A stretch of 64,000 nt of DNA, from IMG/VR virus record IMGVR_UViG_3300050144_000081, positions 5,068-69,067 of that record; one strand, 5' to 3'. Numbering within the stretch: position 1 is the first letter of the stretch; the number at the start of each line of letters is the position of its first letter. The translations under genes were made by a program, and so were the position numbers. The stretch is from a virus. The notes under the pieces were generated by a model, which searched no databases, was not told the origin of the DNA, and was given only the letters and a program-made list of their open reading frames with translations. This document shows positions 27,494-37,017 of the stretch, piece by piece.

Positions 27494-27858
27494 CACACAC
27501 CCACCATCTTCGGATGGATGTTGCGCATCACATAGGCCTTGAACCGGTCCATGATGGCCATGATGCGGTCCTTCGGCAGCATGGCATCCTGCATCGCGTA
27601 CAACAGCGAGTCGTGGATCTGAAAGTCCCACCAGCCGTTCTTTCGCGCGGCATTGATGTAACCAGCCCAATCGATCTCCATCCCCTTCTCGACCATGATC
27701 CTGTCGATCGCCATGTCAAGCGGGAAACCGTGCGTGGCCTTGATCTCGAACAGGGTTGCGCCGTCAAACACTGGTCGACCATCCGTGGTCATGCGAATCT
27801 GTGCATGGCGTGCGTCGGCAATGAATGCCCTCGCTGCCTCGTGCGGCTCCATGTTCAT
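27493..27858 (-). CDS. Small protein resembling an alanyl-tRNA synthetase helical segment
   Basis: DGATLFEIKATHGFPLDM...EKGMEIDWAG resembles the AlaRS G..AF.LYDTYGFPLDLT..I..E.G..VD..GF motif. Confidence 0.5.
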   Translation of the reverse strand: MNMEPHEAARAFIADARHAQIRMTTDGRPVFDGATLFEIKATHGFPLDMAIDRIMVEKGMEIDWAGYINAARKNGWWDFQIHDSLLYAMQDAMLPKDRIMAIMDRFKAYVMRNIHPKMVGV

Positions 27859-28214
27859 CGGTCTTCCATCCAGTCGGTTGGCACGTCGCCGACCATGCGC
27901 GCCAGCAGGTTGATCTCCAGCACCCCGAAAACAGGGATGCCCAGCAGCTTGGCCACAGCCCACTCGATCCGCGCGCCCTTGGAGCGCCACCAGCCGGGCA
28001 GCATCACCACGGCGTCACAGCGCAGCAGCTGCGCCAAGCTCAGGCGCATCCAGTCCTGCCATGTCGGCGCGGGCGATGGCGCTCGGTTTTCAGCAGGGTT
28101 CTCAACATGGAACCCGGCGCGGCGCAGCTGCTCACCGGCGCGGTTGAAAGCCGGGTAGTTGAAGTCCGGATGCCCCGTCATGGGGCCGGACAACATGAAT
28201 CGATGCCGGCTCAT
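27855..28214 (-). CDS. DUF4406 family protein
   Basis: LSGPMTGHPDFNYPAF...NPA...W.DWMR..L..L..CDAV.MLPGW..SKGARIE. Confidence 0.85.
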   Translation of the reverse strand: MSRHRFMLSGPMTGHPDFNYPAFNRAGEQLRRAGFHVENPAENRAPSPAPTWQDWMRLSLAQLLRCDAVVMLPGWWRSKGARIEWAVAKLLGIPVFGVLEINLLARMVGDVPTDWMEDR

Positions 28215-28717
28215 GCCGCCGCTGCTTTCTCACGCTTCAGCGGCTTGAACGCAGCACCACGCTCCTTCGCATCTTTGTAGCGAAGGAGTTCAGCCACGTT
28301 CCATGCCAGGTCTCGGCCAATCCGGCCGACCGGCACGAGCGGAACCTCCTCGCCCTTGACGCTCTCGGAACTCCAGCGGCGCAGGGTTCCCGGCTCTCGC
28401 CCGATCAGTCGTGCGGCGGTGTATGTGCCGACCGTGACACGGGTTTCGGCTTCGCCTGCAGCCTGCTCCACCGGTATGCGCAGACCGATGCCGGCCTTCA
28501 CCTCCAGCTCGTCCGAAAGCCCTTGCAGCGCAAGCAGCCGACCCAGCGCGATGAACTCGCTGGCTTTGCTGATCGCTGCCGCTTCGGTCGTCGGCGTGAC
28601 GTTTGATGCGGAAGTGATTTTGCTCATCTCTTCAGAGATCCGATCAATCACCCGCTGCCGTGAAAAGCGAACCATGTCAATCCTTATTGTTTGTTGAGTG
28701 CATTGTAAAGCACTCAT
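28211..28717 (-). CDS. Protein with C-terminal MerR/excisionase-like HTH
   Basis: GTYTAARLIGREPGTLRRWS...GRDLAWNV. Confidence 0.6.
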   Translation of the reverse strand: MSALQCTQQTIRIDMVRFSRQRVIDRISEEMSKITSASNVTPTTEAAAISKASEFIALGRLLALQGLSDELEVKAGIGLRIPVEQAAGEAETRVTVGTYTAARLIGREPGTLRRWSSESVKGEEVPLVPVGRIGRDLAWNVAELLRYKDAKERGAAFKPLKREKAAAA

Positions 28718-28726
28718 GATGCTTTT

Positions 28727-29590
28727 TTAGTTCGCACATGTACCGCTACCGCCTCCGCCCATTTCCGGGAACATCATCTGCAGGCGGTCCCCCATGGCCG
28801 CAACTGCTCGGCGCGCAGTGCGGCGCTTTGCATTGCCAATGGCCATTGCACGGCCTCCCAGGCTGGTCAGTGCCCCGATGTCGTCGGACTGGCGGATCGC
28901 ATCCATCAGTTCGCGCAGCATGGGCTTGATGTCCTGGTCTACCTCCCCTACCGGCCTGCAGGCATTGCGCACGACATTGACTGCCGATCCGCGGCGGGCT
29001 TCGTTGATCATCGGGAGCATGTCCTGGCAGCGCTGCACGGCGCGCTCGATGCGCGACCCGCCGCGGAGTTCGTCAAACTCGACTCCGCTGATCCTGCGCA
29101 TGATCGCGAACGCCTCCACCAGTTCGGCCAGCATGTCGGCCGCATCATCAACCACCTGCTGCGCCAAGCCACTGTTGGCCAGGTTGCCTGCGACCTGATC
29201 CGTGATCGCAAGCACTGCGCTGTCGACGATCGAGCGCGTTGCAGCAAGCGATGCAATGCGTGCAGCCATGCGTGGGTCACGCTCTGGCTCATCGCTCAAG
29301 CCCAGCAGAAAGTCCACTGGCACGCCGTAGACCGCTGCGGCGTGGAGGATGGTTCCCAGCGGAGGCATCCGGTCACCCTTCTCCTGGATGCTGATCTGCG
29401 TGGAATTGGCGTACCCCATGCGCTTTGCGGCTTCAACTTGCGTTAGTCCATTGAAGCCTCGTGCCTCTTTCAGGCGCTCGGCAATGAGCATGCGCAGCGC
29501 TGCCTCTGTTTTCGGGCTCTCGGGCATGACGCGCTGCAATGCATCGCTCAGTGCTCCGAACGAAATCAGATCCATGTCCACCTGCATCAT
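28727..29590 (-). CDS. XRE-family HTH transcriptional regulator
   Basis: ERLKEAR...LTQVEAAKRMG...ISIQEKGDRMPP...YGVPVDFLLG. Confidence 0.8.
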   Translation of the reverse strand: MMQVDMDLISFGALSDALQRVMPESPKTEAALRMLIAERLKEARGFNGLTQVEAAKRMGYANSTQISIQEKGDRMPPLGTILHAAAVYGVPVDFLLGLSDEPERDPRMAARIASLAATRSIVDSAVLAITDQVAGNLANSGLAQQVVDDAADMLAELVEAFAIMRRISGVEFDELRGGSRIERAVQRCQDMLPMINEARRGSAVNVVRNACRPVGEVDQDIKPMLRELMDAIRQSDDIGALTSLGGRAMAIGNAKRRTARRAVAAMGDRLQMMFPEMGGGGSGTCAN

Positions 29591-29898
29591 GCCTCCTCAA
29601 TCAGTTGCGCCCGGTAGAGCGTTTCGCCCAGAAGATCGATCTCGTCGACGCCAAGAAGATCGGCGAACCGGCGTGTTCCAACGCCATGCACGCCCTCGGC
29701 AGTGCCCTGGTGGTGCGGACGACACAGCGGGATGCCGCAAAAATGCGGTGTCTTCCTGCCTGCGCCAGCGCCTTCCCGGATGTGGTGGTACTCATCCGCT
29801 GGCGTGTTGATCCCACGGTGGTAGCAGGCTGCGCACGACAGCCGCATGATCCGACCCACCCATGCCCGCTCCACGCGGTCCATGCGGGCCGCGCTCAT
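29587..29898 (-). CDS. ref: Ref-family recombination-enhancement (HNH-like) nuclease
   Basis: CAAC...PADEYHHIREG.G.G......IPLC..HH.G. Confidence 0.75.
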   Translation of the reverse strand: MSAARMDRVERAWVGRIMRLSCAACYHRGINTPADEYHHIREGAGAGRKTPHFCGIPLCRPHHQGTAEGVHGVGTRRFADLLGVDEIDLLGETLYRAQLIEEA

Positions 29899-30377
29899 CG
29901 GACAAACGCCGTGACGCGCTCGATGTCCATTTCCACATCCTCGCGAAGCCGCCCATGAAATGCGGGGATCTGCTCCAGTGCAACGTCGATCACGCGGCCG
30001 AACAGGTCATCAAGGTCGATCTGGTCCATGGCGTCAAATGCCAGTGACATCGGCTCCAGGATGAAGGTGCCGTCAGCGCGCCAGGCTTGCTGGTAGTGCC
30101 CGGCCAGAATGACGATGTGCGACCGGAAAGCGTTGAACGACCGACGAGGCGGAACAGCTGGACTGGCCTCTGCCGGCTCCCAGCTTTGGTACAGATGTTG
30201 CAACAGTGCGAAGAGCCTGCGGTGCGCCGCAGGGTGGCGCGGCTGGCAGATGCTGACGTGCACACGGCCACGCATCCCCATCTCGCGCAGCCGCAGCAGC
30301 GCATCTGCCTGCGTTGAGTCCGCGGGGACCAGTGCAGTGCCACTGGGGTGCAGGACCATCGCGAACTCAGCCGGCAT
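29895..30377 (-). CDS. DUF1367/NinB-like protein
   Basis: PRHPAAHRRLFALL...FNAFR..IVILAGH....P.SLAFDAMDQ..L..LF. Confidence 0.7.
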   Translation of the reverse strand: MPAEFAMVLHPSGTALVPADSTQADALLRLREMGMRGRVHVSICQPRHPAAHRRLFALLQHLYQSWEPAEASPAVPPRRSFNAFRSHIVILAGHYQQAWRADGTFILEPMSLAFDAMDQIDLDDLFGRVIDVALEQIPAFHGRLREDVEMDIERVTAFVR

Positions 30378-30777
30378 AGCGCTCCCTTGCGATGGCCGCC
30401 CATGCCTCCAGACCAACCTCGCAGGACCATTCATAGCCCGGTTGGTCCTGCGGTGCGCGCCCCATCACGATCGACAGCGGGAAGACTGCGCGCCATTTGC
30501 GGCCGTTCGCCCTGAAAAACAGGACTGGCACCTCTGCCGGCCCGGACGACACCGCTTGGTCATGCGCCTGCTTCCACCATGCTGCGATGTCGCCAGGGAG
30601 CGCCACAGCATGCCGCTTGACCTCAACCGACCAGCCAGGAACCCCTTCCAGATCGGATTCACCATCGAGCTGGCGCACCTTGCGCCGCACATTCCACCCG
30701 GTCAGCAGGCTGATTTCTCTGGCCACTTCTCGTTCGCCTGCCTTCCCCTTGTCGCGCGACATCGCACCCATGACCAT
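30367..30777 (-). CDS. PD-(D/E)xK Holliday junction resolvase-like nuclease
   Basis: SRDKGKAGERE...DL......VEVKR. Confidence 0.75.
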   Translation of the reverse strand: MVMGAMSRDKGKAGEREVAREISLLTGWNVRRKVRQLDGESDLEGVPGWSVEVKRHAVALPGDIAAWWKQAHDQAVSSGPAEVPVLFFRANGRKWRAVFPLSIVMGRAPQDQPGYEWSCEVGLEAWAAIARERYAG

Positions 30778-30864
30778 CTCCGCTGATTCAGGGTGCGAAT
30801 TCTACCCACAAAGCACCAAATAAGCACTTTTGTAGCACACAAGGATTACCGGCAATCGCGGCTA

Positions 30865-31383
30865 TTACTGGGTCTTGGCATGCCCGGCGCTAGGTACATC
30901 AAGCACGATCGTTGGCGTGTAGACGGCCAAGCGATAGCCGTCAGTGATGATCCTGCGCGGGATGGCTGAACGCAATTCGTCCCCAATCTCCCCCAGCGAT
31001 TGCAGGGCTGCGACCTCTTCCGGTCGGCACTCCGCCCGACCGGTTGCATCGAACCTCTGCGACAGTGCATGGACCATCGGCGAGATGGACTGCTCCAAGT
31101 GCGTCAAGGTCGACTGCAATGCGTCTTCATCAACGCGGTGCATTTTCTGGCGCCTCATGGCCTCTCGCACGACGTAGATCTGCGCCACCAGGATCATCTC
31201 GACGCCTGACAGGTCATCACGCGCGTTCCGGCCGACTGACTGGCCTGTGATGACCCCGTTGATCGCAAGCCAGTCCTTGACCGACAGGTCGCGGGTGGCT
31301 CGCTCGGACAGGCCGAATACCATGGGGGACACCAGCACACTGCCTGGCTGGTACTTCCGGCGGGGTTGCTTGCTCTTCGCCAT
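30865..31383 (-). CDS. Hypothetical phage protein
   Basis: 172 aa; MAKSKQPRRKY.P start. Confidence 0.6.
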   Translation of the reverse strand: MAKSKQPRRKYQPGSVLVSPMVFGLSERATRDLSVKDWLAINGVITGQSVGRNARDDLSGVEMILVAQIYVVREAMRRQKMHRVDEDALQSTLTHLEQSISPMVHALSQRFDATGRAECRPEEVAALQSLGEIGDELRSAIPRRIITDGYRLAVYTPTIVLDVPSAGHAKTQ

Positions 31384-31384
31384 G

Positions 31385-31639
31385 TCAGGCTCCCTTGAGT
31401 CTTGAATTTCTGCGGATGGTTTCGTGCGCGCCGTTCAGCAGGCATCGCAGGCGGCGGATCTCGTCATCCTGGGCTTCCAGCAGCGTGGCCGCATCAGTCA
31501 GTTCGCCCAGCTGCGCCTCTGGGAGCGTGATCGACTTCGCCGGCGCCAGGCTTTCGCCATCCCAGACGACTGCATTCCTTGCGCTGCGGCGCATAGCCCG
31601 CAGGATCTCTGCCGAGTGCTTCACTTTTTCGGCTTGCAT
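31385..31639 (-). CDS. Small coiled-coil hypothetical protein
   Basis: ATG 31639 within ORF 31385..31735. Confidence 0.5.
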   Translation of the reverse strand: MQAEKVKHSAEILRAMRRSARNAVVWDGESLAPAKSITLPEAQLGELTDAATLLEAQDDEIRRLRCLLNGAHETIRRNSRLKGA

Positions 31640-32040
31640 CAGGCGGCCTCGTCCGGCAGGCTGAGCGTGCCCGAGTAGTAGTGGCCCGATGGGAATTCCG
31701 TCCATGCCCCGCCGTGGACCTTGCTTTTTCTCCACTGCTGAATCGATAAATTGCTGACGGATCCTACCGGCCGTGTCCAGATCGTTGCAGCAGTCCGGCG
31801 CACGATGACGTGGGGAATCTTCTTGCCGGATGGGTCTCGTGCAGGCGAGAACATCGCCAGCGGACCGGCCAGGTCCGATTTTTTTCTTGCGCGGAACAGC
31901 GCATCTACGGCCGCAGTTACTGCGAGTTCCGCCTTGTTCATGGCAATTTTGAGCTGCTCACGCACGGCCTGGGCGTGCCTCAGTTCGATCTCAGCCTGCT
32001 GCACCTCGGTCGGGGCGGCGATCATCTTGGTCTTGCTCAT
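31639..32040 (-). CDS. Hypothetical protein
   Basis: 133 aa, AGGAG SD, coupled. Confidence 0.6.
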   Translation of the reverse strand: MSKTKMIAAPTEVQQAEIELRHAQAVREQLKIAMNKAELAVTAAVDALFRARKKSDLAGPLAMFSPARDPSGKKIPHVIVRRTAATIWTRPVGSVSNLSIQQWRKSKVHGGAWTEFPSGHYYSGTLSLPDEAA

Positions 32041-32300
32041 GTCTCACTCCTGGCCAGCGCATCTCGCCCGGCGTCTGTCACTCGCCACAGCACAGGCTGC
32101 AGGCCCACACGACCAACGCGAGCCCCATGCCCTCGCGGCTCGGCCAGACCGGCGCGCTGCATGCGGCGCAACCGGTCTCCGACCGTCGGCTCGCTGCGTC
32201 CGAACGTGTCAGCGATCTGCGCGACGGTTCCGGGTCCGCAGTCGATGAGTGCCCGCAGAAGCTGGATGCGGTGGCGGCCCATGGATACAGCCCTGGTCAT
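32037..32300 (-). CDS. Winged-helix DNA-binding protein
   Basis: GTVAQIADTFGRSEPTVGDRLRRMQRAGLAE. Confidence 0.6.
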   Translation of the reverse strand: MTRAVSMGRHRIQLLRALIDCGPGTVAQIADTFGRSEPTVGDRLRRMQRAGLAEPRGHGARVGRVGLQPVLWRVTDAGRDALARSET

Positions 32301-32581
32301 GCTGGGCTCCATGCTGCAGCGAACGCGGCTCGCAGTTGCTGTGCTGTGTTGTCGCCTTCGCGGCTGCGCACGGTGTCGATGTACTCGCGCCAGGCGGCCC
32401 GGTCGCCGCGGCGGGCGATGGCCGTCAGCGTGATGATGTGCAGCGGGATCGAGCGGGCCTGGTGGTGGTCGCACTCGGCGATGTCGCTGCACCAGTGGAC
32501 TCCGCCCAGCTCGCCCAGCAGGTAGCTGCATGACTTGGCGCCGGTCTGGTGGCTGCAGGTGTTGCAGTTGGGGCAGGTCAT
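32297..32581 (-). CDS. Small hypothetical protein
   Basis: MTCPNC...; ATGA coupling. Confidence 0.55.
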   Translation of the reverse strand: MTCPNCNTCSHQTGAKSCSYLLGELGGVHWCSDIAECDHHQARSIPLHIITLTAIARRGDRAAWREYIDTVRSREGDNTAQQLRAAFAAAWSPA

Positions 32582-32961
32582 GCGGCACCTCCTCGCTGGC
32601 TCACCTTCGCCTGAAACGCGCGGAGTCGCTCGGTCACCCCGGGCGGCGGCGGGCAGCGTGTCGGCATGTTGGCCAGCAGCCCTGCGACCGGTGGCGGTGG
32701 CGCCTGGTTGCACAGCGCCTTGAACTCGGCCACGTTCGGCGCGCGCTCGGCCGGCAGGTGGCCGAGGGCGTAGGCGATGGCGTCCGGGTGGCGCACAAAG
32801 CCGGCGAGCTGCTCGGCCCAGTCGTCGCGCAGGTCCTGCTCGGCGACGCCGGCATACCTGGCCCGGAAGCTGGTGCCATAGCGGACGGTCAGCTTGGCGA
32901 AGATGCGCTCGACCCACTCGGGCGGCAGCATGGGGACGATCTCAGCGGATGCGGCGGACAT
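32578..32961 (-). CDS. Replication protein P-like (helicase loader)
   Basis: IFAKL..RYG..F...W...L.G.....I..AL......P..AEF..LC; follows the initiator gene. Confidence 0.6.
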   Translation of the reverse strand: MSAASAEIVPMLPPEWVERIFAKLTVRYGTSFRARYAGVAEQDLRDDWAEQLAGFVRHPDAIAYALGHLPAERAPNVAEFKALCNQAPPPPVAGLLANMPTRCPPPPGVTERLRAFQAKVSQRGGAA

Positions 32962-33982
32962 TGGCGTCTCCTTCGATTGTGTCGGCGGTGGTGGCGGGGG
33001 CGACATAGCCGCGCTCGAACGGCAGCGGTTCGCGCTTCGGCAGCTCGCCCAGGGCGGCGCGGTCGTGAACCAGCCCGCCCGTCAGGCGCTTGACCTGCTC
33101 GGCGGCGATGCGGGCATCTCGCTCCCGGAACGATTCGGGGCCAGCAGACCGCGCAGGAGCCCGTGCAGCGTCCTCGACGGCCTTGCGGCACCAGTTGCGC
33201 CAGGTGGCTGGCCAATCGACCTTGGTGGCGTCCCTGCCGGCCTTGGCGTGCCAGTAGTCGGCGAACTTGGCGGCCTCGGTGCGGACCTGCTCGGGCTGCA
33301 TGCCGAGTTCTTGAACCGCCCACTCGCCGAGCGGCTTGGTCAGGGACCAGTCTTGAGGCAGACGAGTGGCCCGGGGTTTCGCGGGCTCGGCGCTGCGCTT
33401 GCGCGGCGCAACTTCGCACTCCCCCTGCACCCCCTTAACTACAACGAAATCACTCTCTTCTCTAGTAGGTGAAGGTGAAGGTGAAGGTGAAGGTGCGTGG
33501 ACTCCACACTGATTCCGGGTTGAGTCCTCATCATGTCCGGGTGGACATTGCTCCGTAAGTGGTTGATTTTTCTTGCGCTGGCCGCGCTTCCATGCGTTTT
33601 CCTTTTCTCGGCCAGCGATCAGCGACAGCACCTGTTCTGTGATGACGTGGTGGTAGTAGCGACCGTCGTTGTGGATCTCCCATCCACGCATCAGCAGGTC
33701 CCGATTCCCTCGGAACGTGCGCAGGTCCATGCCGATACGCGCGGCGATCAGCTCGTCCTGGGTGGGCAGCGAACCGCACGGCGTCTGCTTCCACGCAGTG
33801 AGCCACAGCATCAGCAGCCACGGGCGCATGTCGGCGGGCGCCAGCACCCAGGTGTCGGACTGCTCGATGCGCTCGTAATCGAGATCGAACCGCCATCCCT
33901 TGGCGCGGGTGTCGGCCGGGTACGGCGGGACCGGTGCTGATGCGTCGACGACGACGCTGAACCGGTTGCGGGCAGCGTTCAT
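32942..33982 (-). CDS. Phage replication initiator (O-like, YdaU/DUF1376-type N-terminus)
   Basis: PPYPADTRAKGWRF..D..RI..SDTW; PSPSPSP linker; RATRLP.DW...FADYW...DW.ATWRNW. Confidence 0.75.
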   Translation of the reverse strand: MNAARNRFSVVVDASAPVPPYPADTRAKGWRFDLDYERIEQSDTWVLAPADMRPWLLMLWLTAWKQTPCGSLPTQDELIAARIGMDLRTFRGNRDLLMRGWEIHNDGRYYHHVITEQVLSLIAGREKENAWKRGQRKKNQPLTEQCPPGHDEDSTRNQCGVHAPSPSPSPSPTREESDFVVVKGVQGECEVAPRKRSAEPAKPRATRLPQDWSLTKPLGEWAVQELGMQPEQVRTEAAKFADYWHAKAGRDATKVDWPATWRNWCRKAVEDAARAPARSAGPESFRERDARIAAEQVKRLTGGLVHDRAALGELPKREPLPFERGYVAPATTADTIEGDANVRRIR

Positions 33983-34145
33983 GCCTTGGCTCCTCGTGTT
34001 GCGCACACACCGGCGCACCGCCGCTGATGCGGCGCGCGGTCGGCCGCCAGATCGGCGGGAAGTCGGAATGCGCCGTAGCGGTCGTGCTGGCGACTCATGC
34101 GATTAGGCATATTTGTGCTTCTGTGCTTTTTCCGAACACAAAAAT

Positions 34146-34499
34146 TCAGCTTCCTGTTGCATAGGCGTCCTCCAGTTCCTGCAGCCGGTCTTTCGCGATG
34201 CTGTAGTGCAGCACGAGATGGCCTTGGCCCTGGCGCAGGCCAAGCGATGCGCCGCGGCAGGAGTCAATGACTCCCGCTGCAATCAGGCTGCCGACGGTCC
34301 GGTAGGCTGTAATGTGCTTCAGCGGCGCCATGTCAGTTCGCAAGCTGGCGGTTGAGATGGCGATCCATTTGCGGCCATGCGCATCCTTCACAGCGTTGTC
34401 ACAAGTGGCCATCATGGTCTCAATGATGGTCAAGGCGTAGGCCTCCTTGAGGCCAAGGATCTTGGCGACGCTGCGCCGAAGTTGGATGGTGTTCTGCAT
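34146..34499 (-). CDS. Winged-helix protein divergent from the repressor
   Basis: 117 aa from ATG 34499; AYRTVGSLIAAGVI. Confidence 0.5.
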   Translation of the reverse strand: MQNTIQLRRSVAKILGLKEAYALTIIETMMATCDNAVKDAHGRKWIAISTASLRTDMAPLKHITAYRTVGSLIAAGVIDSCRGASLGLRQGQGHLVLHYSIAKDRLQELEDAYATGS

Positions 34500-34723
34500 G
34501 CTGCTTTCCTGATGTGACGAAAGCACTATAGCACTATTTTGTCTTTGTTTTCTTTTGTTGAAAAACGATGCATTTGGGGATCGGGCGGCAAGAGCGCACG
34601 CTGCATGCCGCGTGCTGTAACTGCGTGTAGAGCACAATGGATGCACAATCAAAGCACTTGATAGACTGTGCAGAGTCTTCAGGTGTCAGAAATTCACGCA
34701 ATCAGCTCGCACGAGGTGTAGCA

Positions 34724-35182
34724 ATGGCAGAGAACGAAGTATTTCACCGGATCCGCAGAGAAAACCTAGTGAAGATGATCCATAGCGAAGCGGAAGGGAA
34801 CGTGGCCGCATTCGCGAAAAAGCACGGCCTCAATCAATCCGGACTGAACCGGTACGTCGCGGCACGGGCCACTCCGAAACGGATCGGCTACATCGCAGCA
34901 CGGAAACTGGAACAGGATCTTGGTCTGGAGGAGCGCGCACTGGACCGACTGCCGGACGGATCATTTCCGGATGTGCCGCTGCTGATCTCCCCCCAGACGC
35001 CAGATGCATCGGTCATGCTGCAGCAGCTGGCCAGCCTGAGCGCTGCGGTGCCGGCCATGCGCAGGCATGTGGTGGCAGAGCTGGTGCGCCAGGTCGTTGA
35101 GCGACCCGAAGCGTCGCTGGTGGCCGAACTGCTGCGAGAGGAACTGGAGCGCTGCCTGGAAGCGACAAGCGCAGCGCATTGA
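34724..35182 (+). CDS. CI-like repressor (HTH) with no recognisable S24 peptidase domain
   Basis: RIRRENL......GNVAAFAKKHGLNQSGL...RIG...ARKLEQ.LGL....LD; divergent from the replication operon. Confidence 0.75.
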   Translation: MAENEVFHRIRRENLVKMIHSEAEGNVAAFAKKHGLNQSGLNRYVAARATPKRIGYIAARKLEQDLGLEERALDRLPDGSFPDVPLLISPQTPDASVMLQQLASLSAAVPAMRRHVVAELVRQVVERPEASLVAELLREELERCLEATSAAH

Positions 35183-35212
35183 CCGGGGCACGGACCCGCA
35201 ACAATAAAAAGT

Positions 35213-35231
35213 TGCTTTAGAAGTGCTTTAG
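35213..35231 (+). promoter_or_regulatory. 19-bp operator-like motif, copy 3
   Basis: Exact TGCTTTAGAAGTGCTTTAG upstream of the recombination operon. Confidence 0.7.
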
Positions 35232-35350
35232 TAGATACACTGAACGCCAGTGCAGTGAATGCACGGGCTCCCCGCGATAGCGGGGGTTTTCTTGCGCAAG
35301 AAAAGCACACAAGAATACTTTGTGCTCTTCGATGGCTACAGGAGATCAAG

Positions 35351-35677
35351 GTGGATCAAGTCAAAGCGCTCCTTCAGGGGGAGTACATGGGCCAGCGAAT
35401 CAACACGATGGCCCTGGTGGAGTACGAGCTGTTGAGCAAGAGAACGCTCAACGTAGAAGCCGATGACGTGGCTGTGATCGGGCTGCGGTCCGCCGAATCC
35501 GGCGAGGACATGCTTGAGGGCGAGGGCGAGAACTACCCCGAGCTGTCCGACCGTATCGCGTACCTCTATAGATGCGGCCAGCGCGCTGCTGCTGACCACG
35601 CCTACGAAAGCGAAATCGAAGCGATTGACGCAGCGCGCGAACTACGACAAGAGCGCGCACTGACGGGTGCAATGTGA
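35351..35677 (+). CDS. Hypothetical acidic protein
   Basis: GGAG SD + GTG within ORF 35255..35677. Confidence 0.55.
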   Translation: MDQVKALLQGEYMGQRINTMALVEYELLSKRTLNVEADDVAVIGLRSAESGEDMLEGEGENYPELSDRIAYLYRCGQRAAADHAYESEIEAIDAARELRQERALTGAM

Positions 35678-35820
35678 TGGACAGCAAAACCGTGCTCAGA
35701 GAGAGCGGGTGGTCACCTCTCAACGAAGTGGTTGACGAGCGCAAAGAGGCCCGCAGGTTCGGTATCTACATCGTGCTGCTGCTGCTGCTTGTCGGCATTG
35801 GCGGCGGTCTTGCAAGCTGA
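35677..35820 (+). CDS. Small membrane protein (47 aa)
   Basis: TGATG overlap; C-terminal FGIYIVLLLLLVGIGGGLA. Confidence 0.5.
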   Translation: MDSKTVLRESGWSPLNEVVDERKEARRFGIYIVLLLLLVGIGGGLAS

Positions 35821-35829
35821 GGAGAAAAA

Positions 35830-37017
35830 ATGGCCGAGGAACAGCAAATCGCGGGAACCGCCATGGCGGTTATACAGGAGACCATCGTCGCGTTTGACGC
35901 GGTCGAGTCAGGCATCGCCGAACTGGCGCAGCAGTACACCAGCGTTGCCTTCGCTGTCGACACAGAGAAAGGCATGACTGAGGCGAAACAGGCCCGGATT
36001 GCGATCCGTCGCCCGCGCTATGCAGTCGAGACAGCACGCAAAGCGGCAAAGTCTCCTCTGCTTGAACTCGGCCGCGAGATTGACCGGCGGGCCAAGGCCA
36101 TCACTGGCAGGCTGCTGGAACTGGAAGAGCCCATCGATGGGCAGATCATTGCCGAAGAGCAGCGCCGCGAAGCCGAGAAAGAGCGCAAGCGCCAGGAAGA
36201 GATCGAACGCATTGCAAGGCATCAGTCTGGAATTGGCGAGATCGCTGCCACCGCACTGTCGGCCATTGGAAGGTCATCGGCACGCATCGAGGAACTGCGC
36301 GCAGAACTGGTCGCGAAGGTTCCGGCTGGATTCGAGGAATATCAGATGCAGGCCGAGCGCCGCCACGCTGAAGTGGTTGAGAAGCTGGGAGAACTGCTGG
36401 CGGAGGCACAGCGCAAGGAAGCTGCGGAGCGACAGGCAGAAGCCGACCGACTGGAGCTGGCCCGCCAGCGCGCCGAGCAGGAACGTTCCGCTGCGGCAGA
36501 GCGTGAGCGTGCGGCCGAAGAGCGTCGCGCCGCCGCTTCTGCTCAGGCTGCCGCAGCGGCCGAAGCCGAACGGCTGATGCAGGCCGAGCGCGACAAGCTG
36601 GCCGCCGAGCGCGCCGAATTTGCTCGCGAACAGGCTGCAGCCCGTGCCGCCGCCGATGCGGCTCGCCGGGCTCAGGAAGAGGAGGCGCGCAAGGCCGCAG
36701 AAGTCGCAGCACAGGCGGAGCGTGATCGGATGGCCATGGCTCACGCAGCCGACGCGGAGGCCGCGCGACTGGCGCGGATCAAGTCCAACCGCCTCGCCGC
36801 CGAGCAGGCTGCAGCCGACGCCGCACTGGAGAAGGTGCGCGCCGCCGCGCCGCTGCTGCTGGATGCGCTGCGCGGACTCATGGCGATCGTCAGCGAATCA
36901 GCCGGCGTGGCCGGGTACCACCTGAACGGAAGCATCGCGGAATGGGATGAGTTCCCGGAAATCTCCGCAGCAGTTGCCGCCATCGCTGCCGCGATCACTG
37001 AAGGAGCGGCAGCATGA
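35830..37017 (+). CDS. Long coiled-coil phage protein
   Basis: 395 aa Ala/Glu/Arg-rich; GGAGA SD. Confidence 0.75.
   Translation: MAEEQQIAGTAMAVIQETIVAFDAVESGIAELAQQYTSVAFAVDTEKGMTEAKQARIAIRRPRYAVETARKAAKSPLLELGREIDRRAKAITGRLLELEEPIDGQIIAEEQRREAEKERKRQEEIERIARHQSGIGEIAATALSAIGRSSARIEELRAELVAKVPAGFEEYQMQAERRHAEVVEKLGELLAEAQRKEAAERQAEADRLELARQRAEQERSAAAERERAAEERRAAASAQAAAAAEAERLMQAERDKLAAERAEFAREQAAARAAADAARRAQEEEARKAAEVAAQAERDRMAMAHAADAEAARLARIKSNRLAAEQAAADAALEKVRAAAPLLLDALRGLMAIVSESAGVAGYHLNGSIAEWDEFPEISAAVAAIAAAITEGAAA

Noticed and set aside
33468-33495. GAAGGT x4 repeat as replication iterons
   Set aside because: It encodes the PSPSPSP linker common in phage initiators; too short and coding-explained
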